DNA of 64,000 nt, from contig CM082578.2 in the NCBI GenBank assembly GCA_040954595.2, positions 17,677,912 through 17,741,911 on the forward strand. Reading direction: 5' to 3'. The notes under the pieces were generated by a model. It worked only from the letters and a program-made list of their open reading frames with translations, was not told the DNA's origin and made no database searches. The position numbers and the translations under genes are program-made. This document shows positions 1-13,400 of this stretch, piece by piece (position 1 is the stretch's first letter; each line of letters opens with the position of its first letter). Source of the stretch: Balanoglossus misakiensis. Its lineage: Eukaryota > Animalia > Hemichordata.

Positions 1-1082
1 AACAGAAAATATGACATGGAAAATAGAAATCTAAAGAAATTTAATAACACTGGTTGAGCGATGCTATTTTTTAAATGAATAAACGAAAGGGAAGATTGAA
101 TCTAATCCTATCACAGCTGCAAACATTCTCAACTCTGCAGTGTTGAGCTTTTATAATTTGCAAATTAATGGAACCTTTTGCATATTTTTTCATTGTTTTA
201 CATGGTTGGAAAAGATAATACCTGTCTATTACTATCAAAACCTCAATACTATCACTTTTAGCATCTTTTTAATTGATAAAATACATGTACTTCAATCTTA
301 TCTTTATTCGAAGTTGACAGAAGACATTTTTAATGGGGAAGTCAACAAGGATGGATTTTGTGATTGTATGCAGGTTTCCTGGGAGGTTGGCTAGCCAACA
401 GAACTAGGTTTCACCACCACAATCCACCTGTTTTTGCTAAAATCAAAGAATAAAATGAATTTGAAGGGCTTCAAAATGGTGCATTCTGGGAAAAAGCATC
501 AAGTAAGACTTGTACCATGTGACCTGGTCTCAACTATTGTAGTACAGGTGTGGAGCACTATTGATTCAATGGACACAAAATGCAAACAATAGATATGCAA
601 AAAAACACATGGTGTTGCTTTGGTGACAAGTGACCAGCTGATATTGTATGTACACCTGCAACCCCACCTAGTAAATGGAACCAACCATTGCATAACTGCC
701 TGCACCTGTACATACAGTACTCTCAGTTGTCTGAATACAACAGCTTGAAACTCGGTCACAAGTATATTCTCCCCAGATTGGAGAGGACCCTCCCCCCCAA
801 ATCCAAGAAAATATTTTAAAACACATGTAACAATAGTAGGGTTTTAATGTACTGGATTGAGCGCATTGTATCGTCATCTTTATACTGTGCTATACTCTTA
901 ACCTCCCCCCCCCCCTTGGCCCCTAACGATTGTCCTGGGATTTGTCACTCTGTAGGTCACCCCCCCCCCCCCCCCCCCCACGAGAAAAATGGCTGACATG
1001 ATGATGAGGGACAAAAAGTGTGAATGTTATTGATGAGCCTGTGTGCATTTTATTTTCATGTTGCTGCGCAGTTAGTACTCAC

Positions 1083-1402
1083 CCCTGACCCCTCATATTT
1101 GTCGTGGGTTTTGTTACAGGTAGTGACCTGCACGTCGTCTGGTTTCCAAGGTCAGCGCCCTCTTACGGCTTTTGTTAAGACTTTGCCGTACATTTTACAA
1201 CGAGAGTCTTGATTGGTCTTTTTTCTGTGTAGATATTACAAAACGGCACCGGATTGGCCAAAATCCAGTTCCGTTGTGCGAGTACGGGCTTTTCAAATCA
1301 ATGAAATCACTGTCCACTCCATGGCGGCAATCGACACCTAATCACAATCAGCGAAAAGAAATCAGATTTCGATTAGAAATCAAGGCTTGCTCATAATCAA
1401 CG
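1083..1402. promoter_or_regulatory. CpG-enriched promoter region of the NET1-like gene, possibly bidirectional
   Basis: Local CpG enrichment, reverse CCAAT boxes near 1211 and 1252, and a strong minus-strand donor (GG|gtgagta at 1082) suggesting a divergent first exon. Confidence 0.45.
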
Positions 1403-4400
1403 ATGGAAGCTCCAGTCAAAGAAGATGTGAAGGCGCCCGAGTTTGTAAAACCCTCGAAAAAGATGTGGCGGTCGACATCGAAGACGAAAAATAAAGCAAC
1501 TGATGAGAACCAGGACAAATGTTATAAGAAGTGAGTTTCGATCTCTTTGTTTTGATTGCTAGAACAAAGAACTAAGTCAGTTTTATAATTGCACCTCATA
1601 TTGTAGACGTGTTTTATTTATTACGCTCGTCTACTACACTGCAAGGCGACGCCATAAATAATAGTATAAACACATGTTGGTATATTGTCCACGTGTTACA
1701 TGTGTACTCTTGAACAATTTTACAGGTGCAGTCATTGAGTTCGGATTTTCCCCCTTACTCTTAAACCATACCTCCATACTCTAACAACAGCAATTGATGT
1801 GATATTGAGCTTACATTTATACTTGTATTAAATTATATTATAAAAAATATAAAACCAAAATTATTAAAAGGACAAAGTCTCTCTCTTGCTGCCATTTTCC
1901 CATTAAGTATGTTTGATACAAGACACCTGAATTACATGTATATAGTGAATCAACATTCAACCACAAACATCTTTCATCCTGCATATAGATGTGAGAGTAA
2001 AAATCTCGCCAAAATGAATAAATGGTAAACACTGATTATTCATTTTTGGCTACTTTAGATTATTCATTTCTTGCCGAAAATAATTTTTCATTTACTCATT
2101 AAATTCGGGGGGGGGGGGGGGGGGGGGGGGGGGTCTTTTCAGACTTTCAAAATGGCCGCCAAATTTGAGGTTCAAAATGGCCGCCTATATCTGTGCTTAG
2201 TCTATGGCATTCAAAATGGCCGCCAAATTTAGTGACTTTGAAAAATGGTAAACATTATGTAGAAATTTTACTCATAGTTCAACCACACACACCTTCCATC
2301 CCACTTGTAGACGCGAGAGCAAAATGAATATTCGGTGTTTCCATTTATTCATTTTGGCGAGATTTTTACTCTCATATCCTACAAACGTGATGGTTGAATG
2401 TTGATTCACTACATGTATATATCCTCATGTGCATTAGCATAGACAGTGTAGTGAATCAAACAATAAATGGGAAAAGAAGAGTGAGAGAGAGACTTTGTCC
2501 CTTTAAGAGACATGAAATACATATAGTTGTTGTTATTGTTTGTTGTTGTTGTATTATTGTAATTTGTATGGTGTGTTATTGAACATGTTTCCCAGCCTAA
2601 CAGTGACACATGACAAGTTGGGAATAATGTAGCTCTGCGTGGCAGGGCTGTGTTGTTACGGTGGAGGGCTCGCTGTAACAACACAGCCCTGCCACGCAGA
2701 GCTAGGAATAATGCAAATATGAATTTCCACAGACCACTGCCAACACCAAACTTTGGAACACGAACGTTGCGGAGAAGAGGATCAATTCTCAGATCAGCTT
2801 CAACCCTGGACATATTTACAGTAAGTAGTCCTCTTTGATGTTTGTCGAATCATGCAAAATACTTTTCTGCTTTTATAACATCCTTGGTCTGAATACAGCC
2901 TTCTGATTGGCTGAAGCTGGGGTTTGTATTTTGAACCAGATGACCTGGGATGCCATGGTGAATAATAATTTTGATAAATGAATAAGAACATAGCGTAGAA
3001 GAACACACTTTTTGAATTTTATGTCTTGTACAAAACACTGTTGTGAAACTCAATCCATAAAGACATACACAGGAAATCTTCAAGATGTGCCAGTGTGTTC
3101 AGGATCAGGTTTATACTGCCCTCTAGTGGTTGAGTATACAATTATAGCATACATTCATGATCTAAAAAAAAGATTGTCAAAACTTCCTTACAAAACTCTT
3201 GCTAACCATTATCTATCAAGAGGACCTAAAATAACCAAAATAATGTCAACAGGATTTCTGAAATTGTAAGGTCCGACCAATTTGTTGGCAAGGATGAATT
3301 GCAAATATCAATAAATCACAAATGTATGAGAGATGGTTCTCTGATCCAAAATATTTCACAAAGACCATATCCTCTTTTCCAAAAACTCTTAATATGACTC
3401 ATGTATGTGCAGTATATCTGCAAAAAAGCGAGGAAATTTCCTTATTCCTTTCTTCGTAGAAGCATGCTCATTTCCAAGTAAAATACTGTATGAGGGTTGG
3501 GGAGAGATGTGAAAAGGCATTTGTCAAGGCCAACAAGTGTAAATCTCATGGACTGTATTCAAAGCACACACACAGTGACACACACAAAACAGAGCCATTG
3601 TAGTTGTAAAAAGTGATCTGAATACATCACACATGTATGTGACGTAGCTGCGGTGTGTCCACTGTACACTTTTCTTAGAATTCTGATGATGAAGTAGCCT
3701 GTCTTTCTTCCCTCCTTCAGCGCAAGAGAAAACGGAAGGAGCCTGATGACGACAATATCAGCGTATGCAGTCTGGATTTAAAGGTGAGTTGTGTGTTTTC
3801 TCCCACGTATTAGCGCTGCAGGGTTCTCCCGTATTCAACTCACCATCATTTATCAAAATCACTTCTAGGAATTTTATCATCTCGTCTTGGCGGAATCAAA
3901 AGTGCATAAAGTTGACAGCTTTTTTCATGAATGATGTCGTTAGGTGTAAGTTGAGATATTACTATGAAAAGGTTAATGACCTCATTCGAAAAGAAAGTTA
4001 TCTTTTGCTGAAAGATGAAATTTCAGTCGGCCAGAGAGCAGAGGGATTTATGGACGAGATAATTTTCTGCAGTAGTCAAGGTCTTACAGTATTTACGTTC
4101 ACAGACGCACGTCGACTTTCTAGAAATGTAAGTATTGGGTATTCCAGCACGCTTCGGATATTCTTACAAGTTACCATAATTGATACAAAGAACAATAATG
4201 CTGAAAAATCGCTATAAGAAACCGCTAACAGCTTTCATTTGAATTTTTTTCTACTTGGTGATACCTATTGCAACTCATTTTCAACAATCCTGAAGTTTTT
4301 GCCATTTTTTTCCACAAAATGTTAAAGAATGTTTACACGTTAACCATTTCAGGGTTCTAATAATTAACAACACAATGTAAGCTCGACTTGCTACATTGTA

Positions 4401-7400
4401 CGTTAGCCATTGTGTGCAGACGCGGTGATTTATATCTCTCCTTGGCGGTGTTGAGGTCTGATTTATCTACCTTTTCCTGAATAGCTGGAATTTCGTGCCA
4501 TTCATACAGTGAAGGTGAAAACATGGGTTAAGAAAGCAAAAAAAAGCTAGTCCTTCAGAATGCATGCGTAGGTTTGCATTTCTTTACTTTCTTCCCCCTT
4601 CTTCGCTTTACCGTTGGATGACTGCTGCCTAATTAGGCATTCAATAGTGTATCCAATATAAAGTGATGAATGGGGGAAAAGGTGTTGCTTAGAGGATGCA
4701 TATGACACACATGGGTGTCCCCATTGTGCCATTACTCCATAGCTTGAACACACACTGAGCAGTCAACCTTGGCTGCTCCGGTTAACATTTGCATGAGTAA
4801 TTATGCGGAAAAATTCACCGAGTACGTCAGAGGCATCTTGGGGGAAAAAGTGTCAACTATTAGTGGGTGAATTACATCTACATTTACAGGCTTTTGAGGT
4901 CATTGTTCGATATTGGATTGCGGGGTCTACACCGTTTGACTTCTCACGTTGTCGTCGATAATACGGCACTAACATGAAGACTGGTGATATCTTCGTTGCT
5001 AGAGGGCGCTGTGTAATTGTCGCAGTGTCCCCTTCAGATGGGACAGCCTTACGAAGGACACGGTCTCTCACATCCAGTCTTGCATTCAGTGTTATTTTCT
5101 TGTCCACGTTCAACATAAATCAATCCAGCCTTGAATCTAGCCAAATCTCAGAGATTTACGTCTGCTGAAGAATTCTCGTCCTATCATGACTGACAGCTTA
5201 ATTGACAAATTACCTGATTTATTTACATTTTGGCCTACTGCTTCAAGGTGTGAAATTCCTGCCCACAAAAATTCAGCAGTGCAATCTCCTTTCCCAGTGT
5301 AGAAATATTCGGGGTAACCTTGCAAGCAAGGAAGTTATAAAGATTGGAAGAGCTATTCTCTCTCACATAGAGGGAAGGATTGCCAGTGGGAAATGTCAAC
5401 TCTGGAGGACTCTCAAGTGGTCACAGACTCTGTCAATAACACGGGGAAGTCTCAAGTTGACCAGCGTTTATTACGTGTTGTGAAAGGGTACACGTTCTGC
5501 GTGGTGATTATGATTTAGTATTGACTTCCGTTGTTGGTTTTTCGCCACTCTTGCCGGTACTTCCGAAGTAAATTAATTTGTAGTCGAGACGCTCTCTTCG
5601 GTGATTAATGAAGAAATCAAAGCGTAGTAGTCGATGGACGCAGTGACAGAGGACAGCAGCTGGCAGGTTGTGACACACCGTTGCATGCTGCATGCAGTTG
5701 CAGATGAAGTCAGCAGTGCGGTCACTGAAAACAGAGTGTGAGAGTTCAAAAGGGATCAGAGTCGATACACGGCAGCCACCAGTTATTTACACGAAACGCT
5801 AGAACCGTGGCACCTCCCGTGAACCACTTAACAGGGCCCTATTGACTGCATTATTGCCATTATCATCTTGATAGGGACACGGCCGCTATGTGATAGCACA
5901 GGCTGGAAGAAAGTCTGCTACAGCTTTGTAATGAGCACTGCATTTTCACACACACACCAGAGAGCAGATCGGAGGAAGGAAATATTGGTTGAGTGTCAGT
6001 TTCACAATGCAATATGTCCACCACCACTTCCACAGGAACTTAGCCATTATAGTTAAGAGTCTTTGACCTCATCCTTCCAGAATGGTCTGTATATTACAAT
6101 ACATGTATCAGTATCTCTGATGTCCTCAGCTGATCAATACCCAGATATACATGTGGACACAGGCCGATACTGATGTTGTCGTCCAAAAAAAAAGAAAGAA
6201 TTTCATACACAGTTTTGCAACCACCCTATGACCTCCATTAATTAAGATAACACATCATAAAAAACTAAATGCCTGTAGTTTATAGTATTCATTATTGAAT
6301 TCTTGCGGGGCATGGCTTCTTTCTCGGCAGTCGACCCGACACTCTTCGGACAGTAATATTGTCAGTGATGTGAGACTAATTGCCTCATAAAATCTGAAGG
6401 ATTATAAGTGTTCTTTCCTTCAGCATTTTATATTTTTAAATTTATGTAACCAACCCAGGGAAGGTCCATGTACTTTTGTTCCATCTTTGGCCATTTTAAA
6501 TTAATTTTCTAGAATAAAAAGTATTAATTAAAAAAATGATTACATGTACATATCAGTTCACTGTTCTGAAACTTAATAATGCCGTGTTGATACAAAAATC
6601 ATCAAAATGTAAGTGAAAGGTGAAAAATCATTTGCATAATCCTGTGATCTTAGTAGTAGCCCTATCCATTGAATCTCATCAGTAGGTCCCTATCAGACAA
6701 ATTGCAACAGTAACTGTGGTGTAAAGGGGACAACAACTAATTTATCAAAGATTGACACCGTGGGGACTGTGAAAATGTCAGTTTTTTCCCCAGCAGTGTA
6801 ATCTAAATGTCCCAGTCTATTTGGAGTCTAATCTGCAACAAACATGGAAAAGTACTCTGACAGCGAGACCATAAATGTGCAGTAAAGTTGAATATTGGGT
6901 ATTGTCTATTTTAGCTACTTGATCGGTGAAGGTTCACTGATGAGATGAGTTTCCGAGCATCCAACGTCACTCTGCATGTTCATCAAGTGTTTGTGTTCAA
7001 ACAGATCTATTTAGTAAGGCTTATTTGGAAAGCATGGTGGGAAGGTTCTTAGAAATCATGATCCCAACTGTCGTACAGAGAAATTTGTGCGTTTTCCAAG
7101 ACATACATGTGCTGAGATACCGGAGATGAGCTCCGGGAGACACACTTTGGATCATCTTCAATTACTTGATGTTTTCCTGTGAATGCTGAGAGAGATTGAA
7201 TTTTCTCGGTGTTCCCCAAATGACGTGTAAACATGTTCCTGCTCTAATGACAGACTGAAAAAATGGCCATGGGGAGGGGGTAGTAATGCTCAAACTAGTC
7301 TCGGCAAAAAGCTTGACTTTGAAAGACCATTTGAATTGACCTCTGAACTCTATGATGACGGAACAAGGAGAGTTGTAGAAAATGAGTGTGAAGGCTGTGG

Positions 7401-10400
7401 AAAATGTGCCTTGTGTTTTTTTTCAGTAAATTTATTTTGTTCGCTCAAGTACAATTCCCTTTTCTACTAACTGTAGCACTCTTTTTTTAAAAAAAAAACA
7501 TTATCTTTCGTTTCACCAGCACCATCCTTATTTGATATTATCATCTAAAGTTCAAGGAAAAATCAAGAAAACAACTTAAACATCTCTCCAATCATTCATG
7601 TACGTAATATGTGCTTTAAAAGCCTTTGATGTTTTTCCCTCGCAAGTTTGCATCACACAATGAACACTCGAGACATGGCACTTGACTGTAGAGCGTGAGA
7701 AGAGGAACAAATTAACTTTGAGGAAAATTTCATAGCCTCTTCATTTTGCAGCCAGTGTGAAGGGTTCTCTTGCAACTCGGTGCGGTGATAACGTAGACAA
7801 GGGATGTCTGAAGTGTTTCTCCTCTTTGAGGTCAAGAGCTACTCAATATGAATGGACTTTGAAAAAATCAGGTGACTCTAGACTGTGATGTCTCAAGTAG
7901 ATATCTTGATATGAGGATCGATAGACTGCTATATGTTCCTGCAAGTACAAATCAGATTTATCTGTACACGTATTGAAATGAGATGATGAAAATTACATTT
8001 TAGGCCTTAAAATATCACCAAATTCAACTCTTGGCATTTAATTTAATGCCAAGAGTTGAATTTGCTGATATTTCTCTGTGTTATCCAATGGGAAGAGACA
8101 AATAACAAAGTCTTTTATACAACAGTGTACAATGTACATGTTCATGTATGTACACCTTTTTCTGAGATATGAGATGATACATGTATTTTGCATGTCCCGT
8201 CACAATGCATGTACCAGCAGACTTGACACTAAGGATCGTTACGAGAAATGTTCTTTTGTGTGTAACAAAAATCAAGTGTTGTCATGTTTATCAATAGTGC
8301 AGCTTTAACAAGGGGCATTATATGGAGAACATCACAAATAACCCGTCACAATCGAATCTCATCAAAAGAGACGGAATTTGTGGCTTTATGGGTCTGAAAG
8401 TAATTTGCCATAAGATAATGGAATCTTTTAGAGTACTACAAGATGCAAATGCAATCCAGAACTGCAGATTGCATCACTAACAAAAAAAGAAGAGAATGTC
8501 ATGACATTTTGTGAACTCAAACATTTTACAAGCTCCAGTTTTGTTACCTGCTGCTACATCTGTAACCTACAAATGAAGTCACCTCTACATTTTCAGAGTC
8601 TTCATACTATCATAGGCACTGGATTGTGTGTAGTGCCTGTATTTACATGTACCTGTAGTACCTGTAATTCAGGGTAAAATTCAGTAGTTTATTTTAAAGT
8701 GCCTGACTTTCAGCTATTTCTACAACAATTAGAAACCACTGGTAACCCTGCAGCAATTAGTGAGAGATAATGGAATTAAGTCATTCAGTTTCGTTCTAGA
8801 TTTCAGAGAATTCAAACTCTTTGTAAACTGGAAGAGTATGAGTTTGGAAACCAGATCAGGCAAACCTTTTTTCTCTTGTCCAAGCGGCAGCTGATTACAT
8901 TTAGTTGACGTGATTAGAAGATGATTGCAAAACTAAACATTGAGTCTCTTGCTTGCGTCATTGGTTAATTAGCCAGCGATCGTCTTGCCTTGTTCTAGCT
9001 ACTCCTTTTGGAGGACAGATTACGCTGGAGGGAGTTTGTGCTTCCCTGGCTGTATCAGTACATGGGACTAGCTTTATCAAATCCCATCATCCTCTTCATA
9101 TTCCCAGGGACTTCGGTTAAGATGTCTAGGCTGATGCTTAGACAGTTGAACTTTGCTGGATTTTTTTTTAAAATCTTGCGTCATCAGTGCAAGAAATTCT
9201 AGAATTTCAGAGAAGTCAGACTAAACCAATTGTGATATGCGACATGTGTGCAGAGCGAAACGTTGTCTCTGTCACGAAAAACCTCAAGCACCGACTGCAC
9301 CGTGCCAGATTGGCTTTGGGTATCACACACCACTATACTGTCTGCCACGCGGCAATTCAGTTCACCGTTTCACTATTGAAACTAAGATGTTCTTCTTCCA
9401 TCTAGTGTTAATGGTTGTAGTGTAAGAACACTTCGCCAGTTTCCAAGACCCTGAAACAAGAACTCTTACCATTTCCTGAATCTTAGCACTTGTATGTAAC
9501 CAGCATACACTTGCTTAATATAAGAGAGTAGGGGAAAATCTTGATTGACCCGTTTTTCTGTGACACCAACCAAGTTATGAGTTCCCTTGATCCAGTTTTT
9601 GCTGGGGGTTGGCGAGTATCTTACATTTGTACACGTACATGAATCTTTGATTGGTGTCATACAGGTATTGTAGTCTTGTATCTAGCTGTACATGATTTCT
9701 GCATTACACATGTATCATTTTCTATGTTAAGGGAAAATGTTTTCAAGAATTAGTGTTAATACCCAACACTACAATAAAACCACTCTAGAAGTGTTATGTT
9801 TATTGATTTATTGATTTCTAACAGTGTACATACTTGATGACAGGAAAAGGTACAAACCAACAAAAATGCCAAAGGAAGTCGCACATATTTGATTTTCTCA
9901 CCAACAAGATTGTAAATGTTACATACACTGTAGGTGTACTGGTTTATTTAAATTAACACCTTCCATCCAACCCCTCCCAAACCACTCCCCTAAAAGTAAA
10001 AGTAAAAGTCCCCCCCCCCCCCCCCCCCAACACTTGAGTCCTGTCTCAAAGATTTCCCCATAGCCATTGTTGAGTAGGAATACCTACAGGGATCTGTAAT
10101 CTAGGTTTCAGGTACCTCTCCCATGCCTAAGGCAATCACGCTGCTTCTGACTTCCTTTGCGTCCATTCTTTCAGGTTGATTGCAACCAGTTGATGTTTGC
10201 TCAAATCAGGAAATGGAATGATATTGGGAACGTAGTGTCTATTAGAAATGACATTTCCCTCGGCATTATTTTGCAGATTTAATTTCTAAACACTGACCTT
10301 TGAAGGATGTACATTTGTAGCGTGCAAATAACAATTAATTTTTCACTAGGTTTGTTCCAATTCAATATGCAGGCCACTGTGAACCATACATACATGTACA

Positions 10401-13400
10401 AGTAAAATTGAAATGCAGGGTTTTTCATTTTCTGTGTGTTACCTGTTGTTGATGAAAAATATAGACAACATTTTTATTTGGCTACTCGTAATTGTACGTG
10501 AAAACCTTGAAAAATTTAACAAGGAAACATCATCTTGAAGAGCTGAGTTAATAAAGGTACATCATATGTGTAATTTTACATGAAAAAAGATGATGACATA
10601 GCAAAGAAGAAAATTAAAAATGGATTATTGTTCTCTGTAATTAAGGATATTGCAATGACACAACATTAGTGAGAAGAAGGTGTCGTGACGTTCAAACTGG
10701 TAATAATAACCTGTTAGATCTATTTTGATCGTGGATAAGATATCCCGAACCATCTATGAAATGTCGGTTTCCGTAATCTGATAGTGAGGTTTTAACCTGC
10801 GTGTTAGTGGCCCATCCCACACTATTGCATGCTTCGGCCCCCATGTTTTGGGCAGCTGTCTGACATAGAATCCCGATGCATGTAAGTATAGATGTTGGAG
10901 ATTCCAATGAAGACACTGACCTTGTCACCTCTGGCTGGCTGTGGTGTTGTGATATAACATTGTGAGTGTGGTGTGAAAATTGTCCCTGTTTAAATATATA
11001 GGCTGTGCTGTTAACTTATCTGTGTTTGTTGAAGTAGCAGCAGTTAAAACTGTGAGAATGTGACCTTGTCTTTGAAGTGTAGTATGAGCAGCAGCCTTCA
11101 ACGGGTCTCAATGAGCTGCGTGTCGGAGTTGACCTACTGAGGTTTTCGACACAACACCTTGCATAAGGAGACTTCGATATGGACACGAAAACCACAGAGA
11201 AAGTGACACTCTTGCCCTGGCGGTCATCAAAACAAGTCACACACAATAGTGTCTTGTCCAGTATGACCTGAAGTGACACCCAGTGACCATTCTCATGCAT
11301 ATTCATTATCCCGAACTGTCTGATGCTGCCTGATTGGTGGAGCCTCTTGTTGGCTCCCCACTGCATACACAGCTTGCTAAATGCCCACTACAGATTTAGT
11401 GGGCGGAGCTAACATATCTTTAAGGTTGTTGCTCTACTCAGCTTCCGTTAGACTCCATTCTCAGTATAGAGGTTGACTTACAAGCGAGATACAGCCATTT
11501 GTGTAGAACTCTCTCTGACAAAGCCACTGCACTAGCAGTGTACTTGTGACTGCTCCCGACTTTAAACCACGATTCTGTGCTGTGTTCATCCAAATTATGG
11601 TTTTTCACGGATCACCTACAATGTCCATCACTAGATATGGATCGTATGATTTTCTTGCATCTTTGGAGGTAATTGTTTTCATTTCTTTAAAAAAACTTCA
11701 TTGCTTTAGATTTGTATATTTCTGCATATAGGTGTATTTTATCAATCTGCATATTTGTAATGATGTAAGTCATACAAGCTAAATATGTTACTTAATGTGT
11801 GTTAAATAACCATTATTAACATTTAGAGCAGAAGTGTTATTTGAAAAAGTGGACAGAGATGAAGCAATATATTTTTGTTTCAAACCATGATTTTTTAATC
11901 GCAATGTTATAATACAGGTGTAATGATAGGCTTGACAGTGTAGGGTTTATAGTTTCAGTTGATTTCTAATCTAAAGCCGGAACAAAATCTGATGCAATTT
12001 TTTTTCCTCTTCACAAACGTTCATGTCGTCACATGCTTGTTATCTTATCTTTGGGATTTTCTTCTCCATCTCGTGAGACAATATTCAATATTTCGTAGTG
12101 AAGCATTTGGTTTTCTCAAGTCCTCAGTATTTCCATCATCAAGGTGGAAATACCTCCCGTATCAAAACCACCTGTTTTTTTGTAAGAAAAGTCTGACTAG
12201 AAAGAGTTTATTACAAAAGTTGTTTTGTAATGTGTTGAAGTGCAACAAGTATATTGTTTGCATCTGTAGGAGAGTTTAAACACTTACAGTTTGCAAATAT
12301 GCAATGGATACATTTTCTTGTGTAAACTTTGACGTGAGACCTAGCTCTTGTTTCTTTTTCTTTTAAATAAATGTTTTCCTAAACGGTGTTTATATTTTTA
12401 TGGCAGGAACCGAGTTCCAAGCGAGGGCGTTCAATGCCGAGAGTTGCTTCATTCGCAAACATCATCTCTCCAGTAAGCCATGTTAAAAAAGTTGGACAAG
12501 TTCTTCAGGTAAGTGTCTCTAGCACTGATAAACAGTGCACACTTCCTTTGATGTTTTGTGGGAAAAGTAAAGGTTTGTAAAAACAGTTGCGGCCAGCAAG
12601 GTCTATGACTCAGCTCACTGTCCAAACTCTGAACTTGAAGACGTCAATCAAAAAAAGTCAACAAAGTCCTCTGATGTAAGAATTTGATCAGGTGGGTCAG
12701 GAAGTAAAGTCGATAAGAGGCGGTCAGGTATTTGAAAATGAATAGGCTTAGCTACGACCATGCAAAGCCAAAGAATGCTAAGATCTCCAAATACGTATCG
12801 CTTTGACACCAGTTATTTTTTCTTTTCGGTGAAAAGAAAACTTTAAAGAGAATAGTTGTTTTTTATAAACTTATGTGAAAGCTTTGCTCCTGAGGGAAAA
12901 TCTCCAAAGGAAAGCCGGAGCAATAACTTCTTTTTATAGTCTCTCCAAAACCGCCGCCACTGCCCATCACAAAAAGGCCGTAAAGTTTTTTCAAACACTG
13001 TTAAAATGGAACACTCGCCGCATCTATCTCTGTAATGAATTCGTAAATGAGATGTAAATCAGGCGCAAATTGTCTAATGTAGCAAATAAAAGTGGCCCTA
13101 CAGTGGCCTGGATTTCCATTTGCTGTAATATCCCATGGTGGCAACTTATACTGCAATGTTTTGATAAGAACCAGGAGTAAGTGGATAGCCTAAGAAACTG
13201 AACTGTACTGCAGTTAAAGGCAGCGAGGAATTTTGCTAATTGTGGGTATTGGGTGTCTGTACTTTGTTCTCCGTGCATGCAGATTTGTCCAAACTCTAAA
13301 AATAGAGCAGACCGCAGCCTCAGAATTACAAACGGCATTATTGTAATAAATCCAGAGCAGAGATCAAGCAAACTTTGAAACGAAACATAGGAGAAAGGCG

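Noticed and set aside
3765-11366. Short ORFs in the large NET1 intron and other intronic or antisense ORFs in the track
   Set aside because: No recognisable domains; many use non-ATG starts or are antisense shadows of real exons.
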